Counted from the first letter of the stretch, positions 1 to 9,066 are shown. The stretch: 64,000 nt of DNA from Patescibacteria group bacterium (GCA_028713575.1 JAQTOB010000002.1:1371-65370); one strand, 5' to 3'. Translations and numbers: made by a program. Notes: a model not told the origin generated them from the letters alone.

Positions 1-2
1 AA

Positions 3-218
3 GATTTTGATTTTAAAATAAAAGTAACGGGCGGAGGAGTTCACGGTCAAGCGGAAGCGGTTCGTTTAGGAATCAGTCGAGCATTGATTTTATTAAATCC
101 GAGCTGGCGGAAAGAATTGAAAATGGCCGGTTTTTTGCGTCGCGACCCTAGGGTTAAGGAAAGAAAAAAACCAGGACTAAAAAGAGCTCGTCGCGCACCG
201 CAGTGGGCAAAAAGATAA
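3..218 (+). CDS. rpsI: 30S ribosomal protein S9, C-terminal fragment (gene starts upstream of window)
   Basis: Frame from position 3 reads ...[62 protein letters not shown], the canonical S9 C-terminus. The stop TAA is at 216-218. Confidence 0.85.
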   Translation, partial: DFDFKIKVTGGGVHGQAEAVRLGISRALILLNPSWRKELKMAGFLRRDPRVKERKKPGLKRARRAPQWAKR

Positions 219-249
219 AAGTTTTAAGAGTTTTCTCAAAAATTTCAAT

Positions 250-277
250 CCGCCAGCTGGCGGAGCAGAAATTTTTG
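250..277 (+). terminator. putative intrinsic terminator after rpsI
   Basis: 14-bp palindrome ccgccagctggcgg (250-263) followed within a few nt by a TTTTT run. Confidence 0.45.
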
Positions 278-290
278 TCAGAAAACCTTT

Positions 291-430
291 ACCCCGCCCC
301 CAACAGTTTTAAAATATAACAGTTTTTCGTGACTTAGTCTTTAAATCTTTATTTTTATTTTAATAAAAGCATTTTTTAAAAAATGACTTCATGTTATATT
401 TTAGAAAAACAAAACTGTTGGGGGCGGGGT
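291..430. repeat. perfect 20-bp inverted repeats (291-310 accccgcccccaacagtttt / 411-430 aaaactgttgggggcggggt) bracketing a 100-bp AT-rich segment
   Basis: Read directly from the sequence. These are GC-rich arms in an AT-rich intergenic region immediately upstream of the glycan operon start at 488. Confidence 0.8.
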
Positions 431-487
431 GCTCAAATTTATAGCGAAATTTTTATCGCTACGCTCTAAAATTTAGATAACTTTGGC

Positions 488-1969
488 ATGGTTTCCACAG
501 CCAAGAATACATTTTATTTATTGATTGCTTATATCTATCAAAAATTGATAGCGCTCTTTTACTTTATTGTTTTAGCTAGATATTTAGGCGCGGATGGATT
601 TGGTAAATATACTTTTGCCCTTTCCTTTACCGCGCTTTTTTCTGTGATTATAGACTTCGGGATGTACTCGGTTTTAACCAGGGAAATTGCCCGCGACAAA
701 GAAAAGACAAAAAAATATTTTGGCAACATCCTAACTTTTAGCTTAGTATCGGGAATTTTTGTTTTAATTTTAGTTTGTTTCTTAATTAACGTTTTACATT
801 ATCCATTAGTAACAAAAAGATTGGTTTATTTCTCAGGTCTGATTATTTTTTTAGACACCCTGGCCCTGTCCTTTTATTTTGTTTTTCGCGGACATTTAAA
901 CACCAAATACGAAGCCCTAGGGGTTATTATTCACAAAACAGTTATGTTCCTTGCTGGACTGTTTTTGATTTTTATCAAAGCCAAATTATTTTTAATGCTT
1001 TTGCCCCTTTTATTGGCTAGTTGTTTTTACTTGACTAATGCGGTTTTTTGGCTGAAAAGAAAATTAAACATTTGGCCGGTTCCCAGATTTGACAAAGAAA
1101 CTCTAAAATCATTACTTAAACTTTCCTGGCCGTTTTTTATCGCCGCTTTATTTGCCAAGCTTTATGCCACTAGTGATACGATTTTACTTTCATATTTAGC
1201 CGATGACCAAGCCGTAGGCTGGTACAATGCGGCGCAAAAATTAACCAACGCTTTTATGCTCTTAATCGCCGGTTCTTTAAGTTCAGCCCTTTATCCGTCT
1301 TTGAGTTATTATTTCGTTCGTTCTAAAGAAGAAATGGGCAGGGTCTTTACCCAAGCGATTTTTTATTTGATGTTGATTACTATTCCTTTGGTTTTTGGAC
1401 TTTTAATTTTAGCCAAACCTATAATTCTTTTTATTTACGGGACCGGTTATACTCCCGCCGTTACCACTTTGATTCTTTTAGCCTATTCAATTCCCTTTAT
1501 GTTTTTGGACTTTATTATGGTCTCTCTTTTAAACGCCGGTGAAAAGCAAAAAATCAATACCCTGATTCATGGTTTGGGGGCGGGATTGTTTCTTATATTG
1601 AATTTAATTTTAATTCCTCTTTTTTCCCAAAATGGCGCGGCTTTGGCGGTTTTTTTAGGGATGGCAATAATTTTTATTTTAGAGGTTTATTGGTCTAAAA
1701 AGATAGTTAGAATAGAAAAAAAATATTTATTTAAAAAAATCATTTATATTTTTCTTTCCAGCGTCTTGATGGGGATTCCTTTGTTTCTATTGAGGGACAG
1801 AATTCATCTTGTTTTTTCCGTTATTTTTGGGATTTTAGTCTACTTTGTTTTTGCTTTTGCTTTTCATTTAATTCAGAAAAAAGAAATGGTATTTCTTAAA
1901 GAATTTTTGCTCTTTAAGAAGGGAACTGAAAATGGAACTGAAAATGTCAAAAAAAGTTTGGGAACTTAG
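488..1969 (+). CDS. polysaccharide biosynthesis protein / oligosaccharide flippase (Wzx/MOP superfamily-like)
   Basis: 493-aa ORF with roughly 12-14 predicted TM helices and basic loops. It is the first gene of a glycosyltransferase cluster, and the start ATG is 488. Confidence 0.65.
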   Translation: MVSTAKNTFYLLIAYIYQKLIALFYFIVLARYLGADGFGKYTFALSFTALFSVIIDFGMYSVLTREIARDKEKTKKYFGNILTFSLVSGIFVLILVCFLINVLHYPLVTKRLVYFSGLIIFLDTLALSFYFVFRGHLNTKYEALGVIIHKTVMFLAGLFLIFIKAKLFLMLLPLLLASCFYLTNAVFWLKRKLNIWPVPRFDKETLKSLLKLSWPFFIAALFAKLYATSDTILLSYLADDQAVGWYNAAQKLTNAFMLLIAGSLSSALYPSLSYYFVRSKEEMGRVFTQAIFYLMLITIPLVFGLLILAKPIILFIYGTGYTPAVTTLILLAYSIPFMFLDFIMVSLLNAGEKQKINTLIHGLGAGLFLILNLILIPLFSQNGAALAVFLGMAIIFILEVYWSKKIVRIEKKYLFKKIIYIFLSSVLMGIPLFLLRDRIHLVFSVIFGILVYFVFAFAFHLIQKKEMVFLKEFLLFKKGTENGTENVKKSLGT

Positions 1970-1984
1970 TTCCCAAACTTTTTG
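1956..1984 (+). terminator. intrinsic terminator overlapping the stop of the flippase gene
   Basis: Stem gtttgggaa / ttcccaaac with loop cttag, then TTTTT. The same hairpin motif recurs at 9540-9566. Confidence 0.55.
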
Positions 1985-2178
1985 TTCCCAAACTTTTCTA
2001 AAAGTATTATAATGTATATATAGAAATCCGACCTCAATAGATAATCTATGAATAAAAAATTGATAGGGCTCGACTTCGTCAAGCCAGTTAAACCAGGTCG
2101 CACCTGGGTGCCAGGTGAGACCTGGTAAGTTTTTACTAAAGTCATTTTTACGGGCTTAACCTGTATTAAAATATTGAT

Positions 2179-3441
2179 ATGTCTGGAAAATTAGAGATAA
2201 TCATGTTCAATATGTCCGGTTATTCGGAATGGCAAAAGGGGATAGCTAATCGGAATTATCACCTTTTCCGTAAGTTATTGGAAAATGATGCTGTCGGCCG
2301 GATTATTTGCGTTGATTTTTTGCCCTTTACCTTTAAAAGGGCGATTAGAAATTATTGGCAAAATATTTTTAAGGGAGAAAAAGGAGAAGTGATTTTTCGC
2401 GATTTAACCACTCGGGTGATTAGAATCCCTCATTCACAAACTGAAGTTTATGTTTTTTCTACCATTGATTCCATTTTTTCTTCCGCCATGGTTATTAAAA
2501 AAATAAACAAAGTTTTAAGTAAAATATTCCAGTTATCCAATTACCCAACAACCCGATTGCCAAGAGTAATTTGGTCCTGCTTTCCTATGTTTGTTGATTA
2601 TTTTTCCGCCAAAGGCGGATCCGCCTCTGGCGGAGAGAATTTACCTCACGATTTAACAGTTTTTGATGCCGTGGATAATTGGATTGAACATCCGTCTTTT
2701 ATAAAACAAAAAGAAAAATTAAATAAAAATTATCAAATAATCGCGGGAAAAAGCGATTTAATTTTTACGGTTTCGGAAAATCTATTGGGATTTTTTAAAA
2801 ATTTTGGACGAGAGAAAGATGTTTATTGGATTGCTAATGGCGTAGACGTTGTTCACTTTATGGAGAAATCAACAACGAAGCCAGAAGATTTAAAGAATAT
2901 TCCCCGGCCAATTATCGGTTATGTGGGGATTATTCAGCAAAGATTAGACATAGATTTGTTAGAATATTTGGCGGAGAAAAATCCAGAAAAATCATTTGTT
3001 TTAATCGGACCGCTTTGGCCGGTTTATTTTCAAAAGATAAGAAAGCCGGCAATAGAAATTCAAAGGCTAAAAAAATACAAAAATATTTATCTTTTGGGTC
3101 AAAAAAATTATTTGCAAACGCCGGATTACATCAAAAATTTTGATTTAGCTATTAGTCCGCATCGTTTGAATAATTTTGTTAAATATACCAATTCACTTAA
3201 AGTTTTAGAATATTTAGCTTGCGGTCAGCCCGTGGTTAGCACTCCGCCCTCAGGAGTAGAGAGGTTTTCTCATTTGGTTTATATCGCCCAAGATTATCAG
3301 GATTTTAATAAAAAAATGGAAATGGCTTTAAGAGAAAATAATGAAGAATTGAAAAATCAAAGAATCAGTCAAATGAAAAATCAGGATTGGAGTTTTAAAA
3401 TAGAAGAAATGATTAAATTGATTAAGGAAAAATTATTATGA
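2179..3441 (+). CDS. glycosyltransferase, GT-B fold (family 1/4-like)
   Basis: 420-aa ORF whose C-terminal half resembles the GT1 C-domain (…GYVGIIQQRLDIDLL…FVLIGP…YLLGQKNY…). It lies in the glycan cluster and overlaps the next gene by 4 nt. Confidence 0.55.
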   Translation: MSGKLEIIMFNMSGYSEWQKGIANRNYHLFRKLLENDAVGRIICVDFLPFTFKRAIRNYWQNIFKGEKGEVIFRDLTTRVIRIPHSQTEVYVFSTIDSIFSSAMVIKKINKVLSKIFQLSNYPTTRLPRVIWSCFPMFVDYFSAKGGSASGGENLPHDLTVFDAVDNWIEHPSFIKQKEKLNKNYQIIAGKSDLIFTVSENLLGFFKNFGREKDVYWIANGVDVVHFMEKSTTKPEDLKNIPRPIIGYVGIIQQRLDIDLLEYLAEKNPEKSFVLIGPLWPVYFQKIRKPAIEIQRLKKYKNIYLLGQKNYLQTPDYIKNFDLAISPHRLNNFVKYTNSLKVLEYLACGQPVVSTPPSGVERFSHLVYIAQDYQDFNKKMEMALRENNEELKNQRISQMKNQDWSFKIEEMIKLIKEKLL

Positions 3442-4328
3442 CTCTTTCCATAATTATTGTTAGCTGGAACGTTAAGGCCCTTTTAGAAAGGTGTCTGGAT
3501 TCCGTTTTCCGTAATTTAAATGATTTAGAAGCGGAAATTTTAGTTGTGGATAATAATTCTCAGGATGGGAGCCAAGAATATTTAAAGAGTAGACAAAGTT
3601 ATAATTTGAAAATTATTTTAAATAACAGAAATTTTGGATTTAGCCAAGCCAATAATCAAGCCCTAAAACAGGCAAAAGGGGAGTATATTTTATTTCTTAA
3701 TCCAGATACGGAAATTATAGATGATGTTTGTCGGCAGGCAATCCAACTTTTACAACAAAACAAAGACTGGGGATTAATTGGTTGTCAGTTAATTGGTCCG
3801 GACAATAGAATTCAGTCCTCAGTAAGAACTTTCCCCAGCGTCGGGAATCAACTGATTCTTCTTTTAAAGCTCCAGTATTTGCTGCCCGGCCTTAGGACAT
3901 TGAAAAGATATTTTCGTCAGGATTTCAATTATGACCAGATTGCTGAGGTTGACCAGGTGGCAGGAGCATTTATGATGACAAAAAAAGAAGTTTTGGAACA
4001 GATAGGGAGTTTTGATGAGCGCTTCCATTTGTGGTTTGAAGACGTTGATTTTTGCTATCGGTTAAAACAAGTTGGTTATAAAATTATTTACTATCCTCGG
4101 AGAAAAGTAATTCATTATGGCGGACAGAGTTTTAATCAACTTTTATCCAAAGAGAGACAAAAAATTTATAACCACAGTTTACGGCTTTATTTTAAAAAAC
4201 ATTTTCCTCCTTTTTATTATTGGCCCATTATTTTAGTTCAGCCATTAAGTTTATTTTTGGCTCGGTTAAGCGAAGTTTTTTCTGTTACAAAAAAAGAACA
4301 AATAAAAAAAAGATTAAAAGTCAACTAG
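3438..4328 (+). CDS. glycosyltransferase family 2
   Basis: N-terminal MTLSIIIVSWN…VVDNNSQDGS matches the GT2 DxD/NxS pattern, with FEDVDFCYR in the C-terminal region. Confidence 0.8.
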   Translation: MTLSIIIVSWNVKALLERCLDSVFRNLNDLEAEILVVDNNSQDGSQEYLKSRQSYNLKIILNNRNFGFSQANNQALKQAKGEYILFLNPDTEIIDDVCRQAIQLLQQNKDWGLIGCQLIGPDNRIQSSVRTFPSVGNQLILLLKLQYLLPGLRTLKRYFRQDFNYDQIAEVDQVAGAFMMTKKEVLEQIGSFDERFHLWFEDVDFCYRLKQVGYKIIYYPRRKVIHYGGQSFNQLLSKERQKIYNHSLRLYFKKHFPPFYYWPIILVQPLSLFLARLSEVFSVTKKEQIKKRLKVN

Positions 4329-4335
4329 TTTTAAA

Positions 4336-5772
4336 ATGAAAGAGGATAATTTAAAATTAAATTTAGGAATAATGATTTTTTGTTTTTTTCTTTTTCATTT
4401 GTTTTCTTTTTTGGCTTATCAACATCCTTGGTTAAATAGCTTATTTTTTTGGTTAATTATTATTTTAGCGATTATTTTTAGTTTATATAGATTAGAATAT
4501 GGATTTTTATTTCTGATTTTTGAATTTTTTTCCGGTCATGAAGGCCATTTATTTGAATTTGTCGGACTTTCTTTAAGGTGGGCTTTATTTTTAGTGATTA
4601 TTTTTATTTGGTTTGTTCGGCGATTCAATCAGGAGAAGAAAAATTTTTTTCGACGCCTTATTCAACCAAAAATATCTTTATTTTTTTCAATTTTTTTACT
4701 GATTGTTTTTTTGTCTTTTATTCAGGGGTTGGTTCAAAATGACCCAGTTTTGGCGATTAAAGATTTTATTAATTATTCATATTTTTTCTTGATTTTTCCT
4801 TTAATGGATGTTGTTAAGAACAGGTGGTTTCAGGAAAAAACTTTCAAGATCGGTAAAGCGGCGACCATTGGCATTACCTTAGTAACGATTTTTGTTTTTG
4901 TTCTTTTCGTTTCAGGTTTAGTTAATGTCCATGGTCATTTTTATTGGTGGTGGCGAGGCACGGTAATCGGTAAGGCCACAGATACGGGTACTGGATTTTT
5001 CCGCATTGTCAGTTCGGCGCATCTTTTAATGGTGCCAATTTTTTTGCTTTATCTGAGTTTTTTGTTCGTGCCGGAAATTAAAAAAAAGAAAACCTGGTTT
5101 TGGCTGGCTTTTTTGTCCAGTGTGGTTCTTCTGATTAATTTTTCCCGCGCTTATTTTCTTGGCATTGTCATTGGCTTATTTTTTTTAGGCAGGAGTTTAC
5201 CTTGGAGACGCTGGCTATGTTTTTCTCTAACTACGATTTTGGTATTATTTTTTGAGTTTTTTATTATTTTTGGTTTGGCCACCGGCGAATGGGGGAATCA
5301 AGGCGCGTTATTTTTCGGGAAGAGAATCCAAACCGTGGTGACGCCCGGCGAAGAGGTGAGTTCTTTAAGCCGGATGAACATCCTGCCCCAGTTGCTGAGT
5401 CGGTTGGAAAAAGAACCGATATTTAGCCAGGGGCTGGGCACTACTGTTTCCTATTTTGATCCGGTTACGCAGATGCAGAAATCCACTTTTCATTTAGACT
5501 GGGGTTATCTGGAGATGTGGTTAGAACTAGGCTTTTTCGGTTTGTTGTTTTATTTTTTTCTTTTATTTAATATTTTTTATCAGGGATGGCGAAAATTGAA
5601 AGAACTGACCCAAATTTGGGGGAAAAGGCTAATTATCGGCTTGCTAGCCGGTTTGGCGAGTCTGATGGTTGCCACCTTGACCGGTCCATTTTTGTTTCAT
5701 CCCTTGGGAATATTTTACGTGGTTTCAACCGCGGCCATAATTAACATTTTAAAAAATGAAAACTCGGCTTAA
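4336..5772 (+). CDS. O-antigen ligase/polymerase-like (Wzy_C-type) polytopic membrane protein
   Basis: 478 aa with roughly 10-12 TM helices and a large loop region. It sits in the glycan cluster between GT genes. Confidence 0.45.
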   Translation: MKEDNLKLNLGIMIFCFFLFHLFSFLAYQHPWLNSLFFWLIIILAIIFSLYRLEYGFLFLIFEFFSGHEGHLFEFVGLSLRWALFLVIIFIWFVRRFNQEKKNFFRRLIQPKISLFFSIFLLIVFLSFIQGLVQNDPVLAIKDFINYSYFFLIFPLMDVVKNRWFQEKTFKIGKAATIGITLVTIFVFVLFVSGLVNVHGHFYWWWRGTVIGKATDTGTGFFRIVSSAHLLMVPIFLLYLSFLFVPEIKKKKTWFWLAFLSSVVLLINFSRAYFLGIVIGLFFLGRSLPWRRWLCFSLTTILVLFFEFFIIFGLATGEWGNQGALFFGKRIQTVVTPGEEVSSLSRMNILPQLLSRLEKEPIFSQGLGTTVSYFDPVTQMQKSTFHLDWGYLEMWLELGFFGLLFYFFLLFNIFYQGWRKLKELTQIWGKRLIIGLLAGLASLMVATLTGPFLFHPLGIFYVVSTAAIINILKNENSA

Positions 5773-6919
5773 ACTCATTATTCAAATCGTTACCTGGAAT
5801 AGTGAAAAATTTTTAAAGGACTGTTTGGATTCAATTTTTTACCAGACTTTTAAAAATTTTTCTTTACTCATAATTGATAACGGCTCAACTGATAGGACTT
5901 TGGATATCGTCAAAAATTATTCTCAGGAGAAAATTAAAGAAAAATTTGGTCGGAATAATAAGTTATTTGTTTTTTATAATAATAAGAACATAGGTTACAG
6001 TCGGGCTCATAATCAGGGCTTTCATCTTCAGAAATCGGAATTTGTTTTAATTTTAAATCCAGACGTTATTCTTGAACCTGATTTTTTGAATCAGATAATA
6101 AAAGTGGCGAGTAAAGAAAAAAGAACCGGCAGTTTTGGCGGCAAGCTTTTAAAAATTAAGAGCGGGGATTGTGAGTGCGAAGAAAAAATTAAAACAGATA
6201 TTCTTGATAGCACAGGTATGAGATTGTTTAAGAATTATCACTTTATTGAACGCGGACAAGGAGAAAAGGACCAAGGTCAATATGACAAACAGACAAATGT
6301 TTTTGGCATTACCGGCGCTTGTGTTTTATACCGCCGCGTCGCCTTAGAAGACGTTAAAATTTTTAAAATAAATATTGCCCGTCTTCGTTCTCATCAGGTT
6401 CGGGCTACGGCGGGCGCTCAATTTTCTAATCAAATCAAAAATTTAGAGGGAATTGGCGAATATTTTGACGAAGATTTTTTTGCCTATCAGGAAGATGTGG
6501 ACTTGGCTTGGCGTTTGCAGATAGCCGGCTGGTTGTCCCTTTACGTGCCGAAGGCCAGAGCTTATCATTACCGAGGAACGGGACTAAAAGAAAGGCCGAA
6601 TTTAAGAGAAATCATTAAAGGCCATCTTAGCCGTCCGGCACAAGTAGAGTTTTTTTCCTATCGCAACCATTTATGGCTGCTTTTAAAAAATCTTCAGACA
6701 AGGAATTTTTTTTCCGGTTTTTTCTGGATTTTTCTTTATCAACTGGGGAAAGAAACTTATTTGTTTTTTACCAAGCCAAAGGTTTTGTTTAAGGGAGGAA
6801 TTAGTTTTTTTCTTGGATGTGGAAAAATGTTAAAAAAGAGAAGAATGATTATGAAACAGGCTAGGGTTTTGCCTAAAGAAATCAAGGCCTGGATACAAAA
6901 ATCACATTTTTATCATTAA
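5756..6919 (+). CDS. glycosyltransferase family 2
   Basis: IVTWNSEKFLKDCLDSIFYQTF…IIDNGSTD…YQEDVDLAWR carries GT2 motifs. Confidence 0.75.
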   Translation: MKTRLKLIIQIVTWNSEKFLKDCLDSIFYQTFKNFSLLIIDNGSTDRTLDIVKNYSQEKIKEKFGRNNKLFVFYNNKNIGYSRAHNQGFHLQKSEFVLILNPDVILEPDFLNQIIKVASKEKRTGSFGGKLLKIKSGDCECEEKIKTDILDSTGMRLFKNYHFIERGQGEKDQGQYDKQTNVFGITGACVLYRRVALEDVKIFKINIARLRSHQVRATAGAQFSNQIKNLEGIGEYFDEDFFAYQEDVDLAWRLQIAGWLSLYVPKARAYHYRGTGLKERPNLREIIKGHLSRPAQVEFFSYRNHLWLLLKNLQTRNFFSGFFWIFLYQLGKETYLFFTKPKVLFKGGISFFLGCGKMLKKRRMIMKQARVLPKEIKAWIQKSHFYH

Positions 6920-6920
6920 T

Positions 6921-7730
6921 ATGGAATTATCAATCATTATCCTTAATTACAATCATAAAAATCTTTTAAAAAATTGCTTAAAAAGTTTGCAAGAAGCGAG
7001 TATTAAATCGTCTTATGAATTGATTATTACAGATAATGGCTCAAATGATCAGAGTCAGGAATTTTTATCCCAATTAAAAAAGGGGAATTCTGAAATCAAA
7101 GTTATTTTTAATTCTAAAAACTTGGGTTATAGTCGGGCGAATAATCAGGCCATTAAATTGGCACAAGGGAAATATATTTTAATTTTAAATCCTGATATTA
7201 TTGTTTTCCCTCAATCAATTGATAAATTGAAAGAATTTTTACAAGAAAATTCCCAGGTCGGCGTAGTGGGTCCGCAGCTGCTCAATCCGGATAAAAGCAT
7301 TCAGTATTCTTGTTGCCGTTTTCCTAATTTATTGACACCTTTATTGCGAAGAACCTTTTTAGGCTGCCGGCCTTGGTTTAAAAAGGAATTAGGCCATTAT
7401 TTAATGTTTGATTTTGACCATCAACAAACCCGAGAAGTTGATTGGCTCATCGGCGCTTCTTTAATGATAAAAAAGGAGGTTTTTGAGAAAGTTGGTTTAT
7501 TTGACGAGCGCTATTTTGCTTATTTTGAAGACGTGGATTTTTGTCGCCGGGTCCGGGAAGCCGGCTTTAAAGTTATTTATTTCCCTCAAACGCAGATGAT
7601 TCACTTTCATCAACGGCTTTCAGCCGATGGCTCGTTTATCCATTCCTTGTTTTCTAAAGCGACGTGGATTCACATTAAAAGCGCCTTAAAGTATTTTTGG
7701 AAGTGGCGAAAAAATAAAAAAGTGTTATAA
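6921..7730 (+). CDS. glycosyltransferase family 2
   Basis: MELSIIILNYNHKNLLKNCLKSL…ITDNGSNDQS…FEDVDFCRR carries GT2 motifs. Confidence 0.8.
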   Translation: MELSIIILNYNHKNLLKNCLKSLQEASIKSSYELIITDNGSNDQSQEFLSQLKKGNSEIKVIFNSKNLGYSRANNQAIKLAQGKYILILNPDIIVFPQSIDKLKEFLQENSQVGVVGPQLLNPDKSIQYSCCRFPNLLTPLLRRTFLGCRPWFKKELGHYLMFDFDHQQTREVDWLIGASLMIKKEVFEKVGLFDERYFAYFEDVDFCRRVREAGFKVIYFPQTQMIHFHQRLSADGSFIHSLFSKATWIHIKSALKYFWKWRKNKKVL

Positions 7731-7746
7731 TTATTTTGATAAATAT

Positions 7747-7820
7747 TCGGGGGTCGTCTAATGGCAGGACATCAGGTTTTGGTCCTGAGAATTGGGGTTC
7801 GAGTCCCTGCCCCCGAGCCA
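7747..7820 (+). tRNA. tRNA-Gln (anticodon TTG), CCA encoded
   Basis: Hand-folded cloverleaf: acceptor tcggggg/cccccga, D-stem gtct/ggac, anticodon stem tcagg/cctga with loop ttTTGgt, T-loop ttcgagt, discriminator G then CCA. The T-stem needs two G·U pairs. Confidence 0.7.
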
Positions 7821-7865
7821 TAAACCAGAACGAAGTTCGGTTTAGAATATATTAGAATATATATA

Positions 7866-8330
7866 AAAAAATACACAGGGGAAAAAAATACACAGGTTCA
7901 ACCTGTGTATTTCTAACCTATGCATTTCTGATTTTAAAAGGTATGATATAATTAAAATATGGGTTGGATATAAAAAAATACACAGGTTGAACCTGTGTAT
8001 TTTTAATTTATGCATCTCTAATTTTTGACTTTTTGACCAGGGGACTGTCCCCAAAAGACGTCCTTCTACAATCCCCATTTTTGACCAGGGGACTGTCCCC
8101 AAAAGACGTCCTTCTACAATCCCCATTAGTGCTGGATTTTGGAACGATTTTTAAAAAATAGTCGAATATCGACTACTCTATATGAAATGAAAAAAGGCGT
8201 CAGGAACCTTTTAATGAGTAATCTTTTATAATATAATTAAAATATGGGTTGGATATAAAAAAATACACAGGTTGAACCTGTGTATTTTTAATTTTTTAAA
8301 AATAGTCGAATATCGACTACTCTATATTTA
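7866..8330. repeat. mosaic of short repeats between tRNA-Gln(TTG) and the next gene
   Basis: Four components read directly. A 27-bp palindrome aaatacacaggtt[g/c]aacctgtgtattt occurs three times (7886-7912, 7976-8002, 8261-8287). A perfect 64-bp direct repeat lies at 7946-8009 and 8231-8294. A 48-bp unit is tandemly repeated twice at 8030-8125. A motif tttaaaaa(a)tagtcgaatatcgactactctata containing a 17-bp palindrome occurs twice (8147-8183, 8293-8329). Confidence 0.85.
8030..8125. repeat. 2 x 48-bp tandem repeat tttttgaccaggggactgtccccaaaagacgtccttctacaatcccca
   Basis: Two identical adjacent units. Each unit is homologous to the 5' ~45 bp of the ~210-bp elements at 54385 and 56325. Confidence 0.85.
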
Positions 8331-8424
8331 AGAAAGAAGTTGTTTATTATTTTGTTTGCCGCCTTTTTTATTTTTTCTGAGGTGGTATAATAAAACTGGA
8401 TTAATAATTATTAATATTAATATT

Positions 8425-9045
8425 ATGAAAATAAAATTAATGACAAAAAATATTATTATTTTAGTGGTTATTTTGGCAGTAATTTTTCTTTTAATGATGT
8501 TTAAAACGAAGGAGGATAGAAAAGAATTTGACTTGAATGAAATAGCCAGTTTTGAAGAATGCGTGAATGCCGGTTATCCAATAATGGAATCATATCCTCG
8601 GCAATGTATAACGTCGGATGGTCAGATTTATGTTGAAGAACTGCCCGTTTCCGGAGATTTTATTGTCGGTGGCGATGCGGATGAGCATGGCTGTATTGGT
8701 TCAGCCGGTTATTCTTGGTGTGAACCGAAAAATAAATGTCTGAGGATTTGGGAAGAAGCGTGTTATGAAAGCGCAGGACAAGAGATTCAATATATTTTAG
8801 CTGGAAAATATGACCGCCCGGTCAATGAAGTAAGAATAAATATTTTAAAAGAAAAAGATGATTTTGTCAGCGGTAGTATTTTATTCGGTCAAGGCGGACC
8901 AGGAGAAGGGGGAATGTTTTTAGCGAAAAAAATAAATAATATTTGGCAACTTTTGTATGATGGCAACGGCAGTGTGGATTGTGAAAATTTAAGAACAGAA
9001 CATGAATTTCCCGAAGAGATATTAAGACCGAATTTTTGCGATTAA
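8425..9045 (+). CDS. hypothetical secreted or membrane-anchored Cys-rich protein
   Basis: The ORF track starts at 8356, but ATG at 8425 gives MKIKLMTKNIIILVVILAVIFLLMMF, an N-terminal signal/anchor, followed by a Cys-rich domain. It shares a ~30-aa motif (C..AG…M.S.P.QC.T.DG.I) with the protein at 55273-56289. Confidence 0.45.
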   Translation: MKIKLMTKNIIILVVILAVIFLLMMFKTKEDRKEFDLNEIASFEECVNAGYPIMESYPRQCITSDGQIYVEELPVSGDFIVGGDADEHGCIGSAGYSWCEPKNKCLRIWEEACYESAGQEIQYILAGKYDRPVNEVRINILKEKDDFVSGSILFGQGGPGEGGMFLAKKINNIWQLLYDGNGSVDCENLRTEHEFPEEILRPNFCD

Positions 9046-9066
9046 TTATAATTAAGAATATTATTT

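Noticed and set aside
8030-8125. Possible CRISPR array, from regularly spaced direct repeats here and at 24401-24474
   Set aside because: Only two abutting copies with no spacers, no repeat-spacer periodicity and no cas genes. The 24401 repeat is in-frame coding sequence.
7842-8126. 94-aa minus-strand ORF in the ORF track with internal duplicated peptide MGIVEGRLLGTVPWSK
   Set aside because: It is the translation of the tandem 48-bp repeat and palindromes downstream of tRNA-Gln(TTG). The duplicated peptide simply mirrors the DNA tandem repeat, and there is no RBS or plausible gene context.
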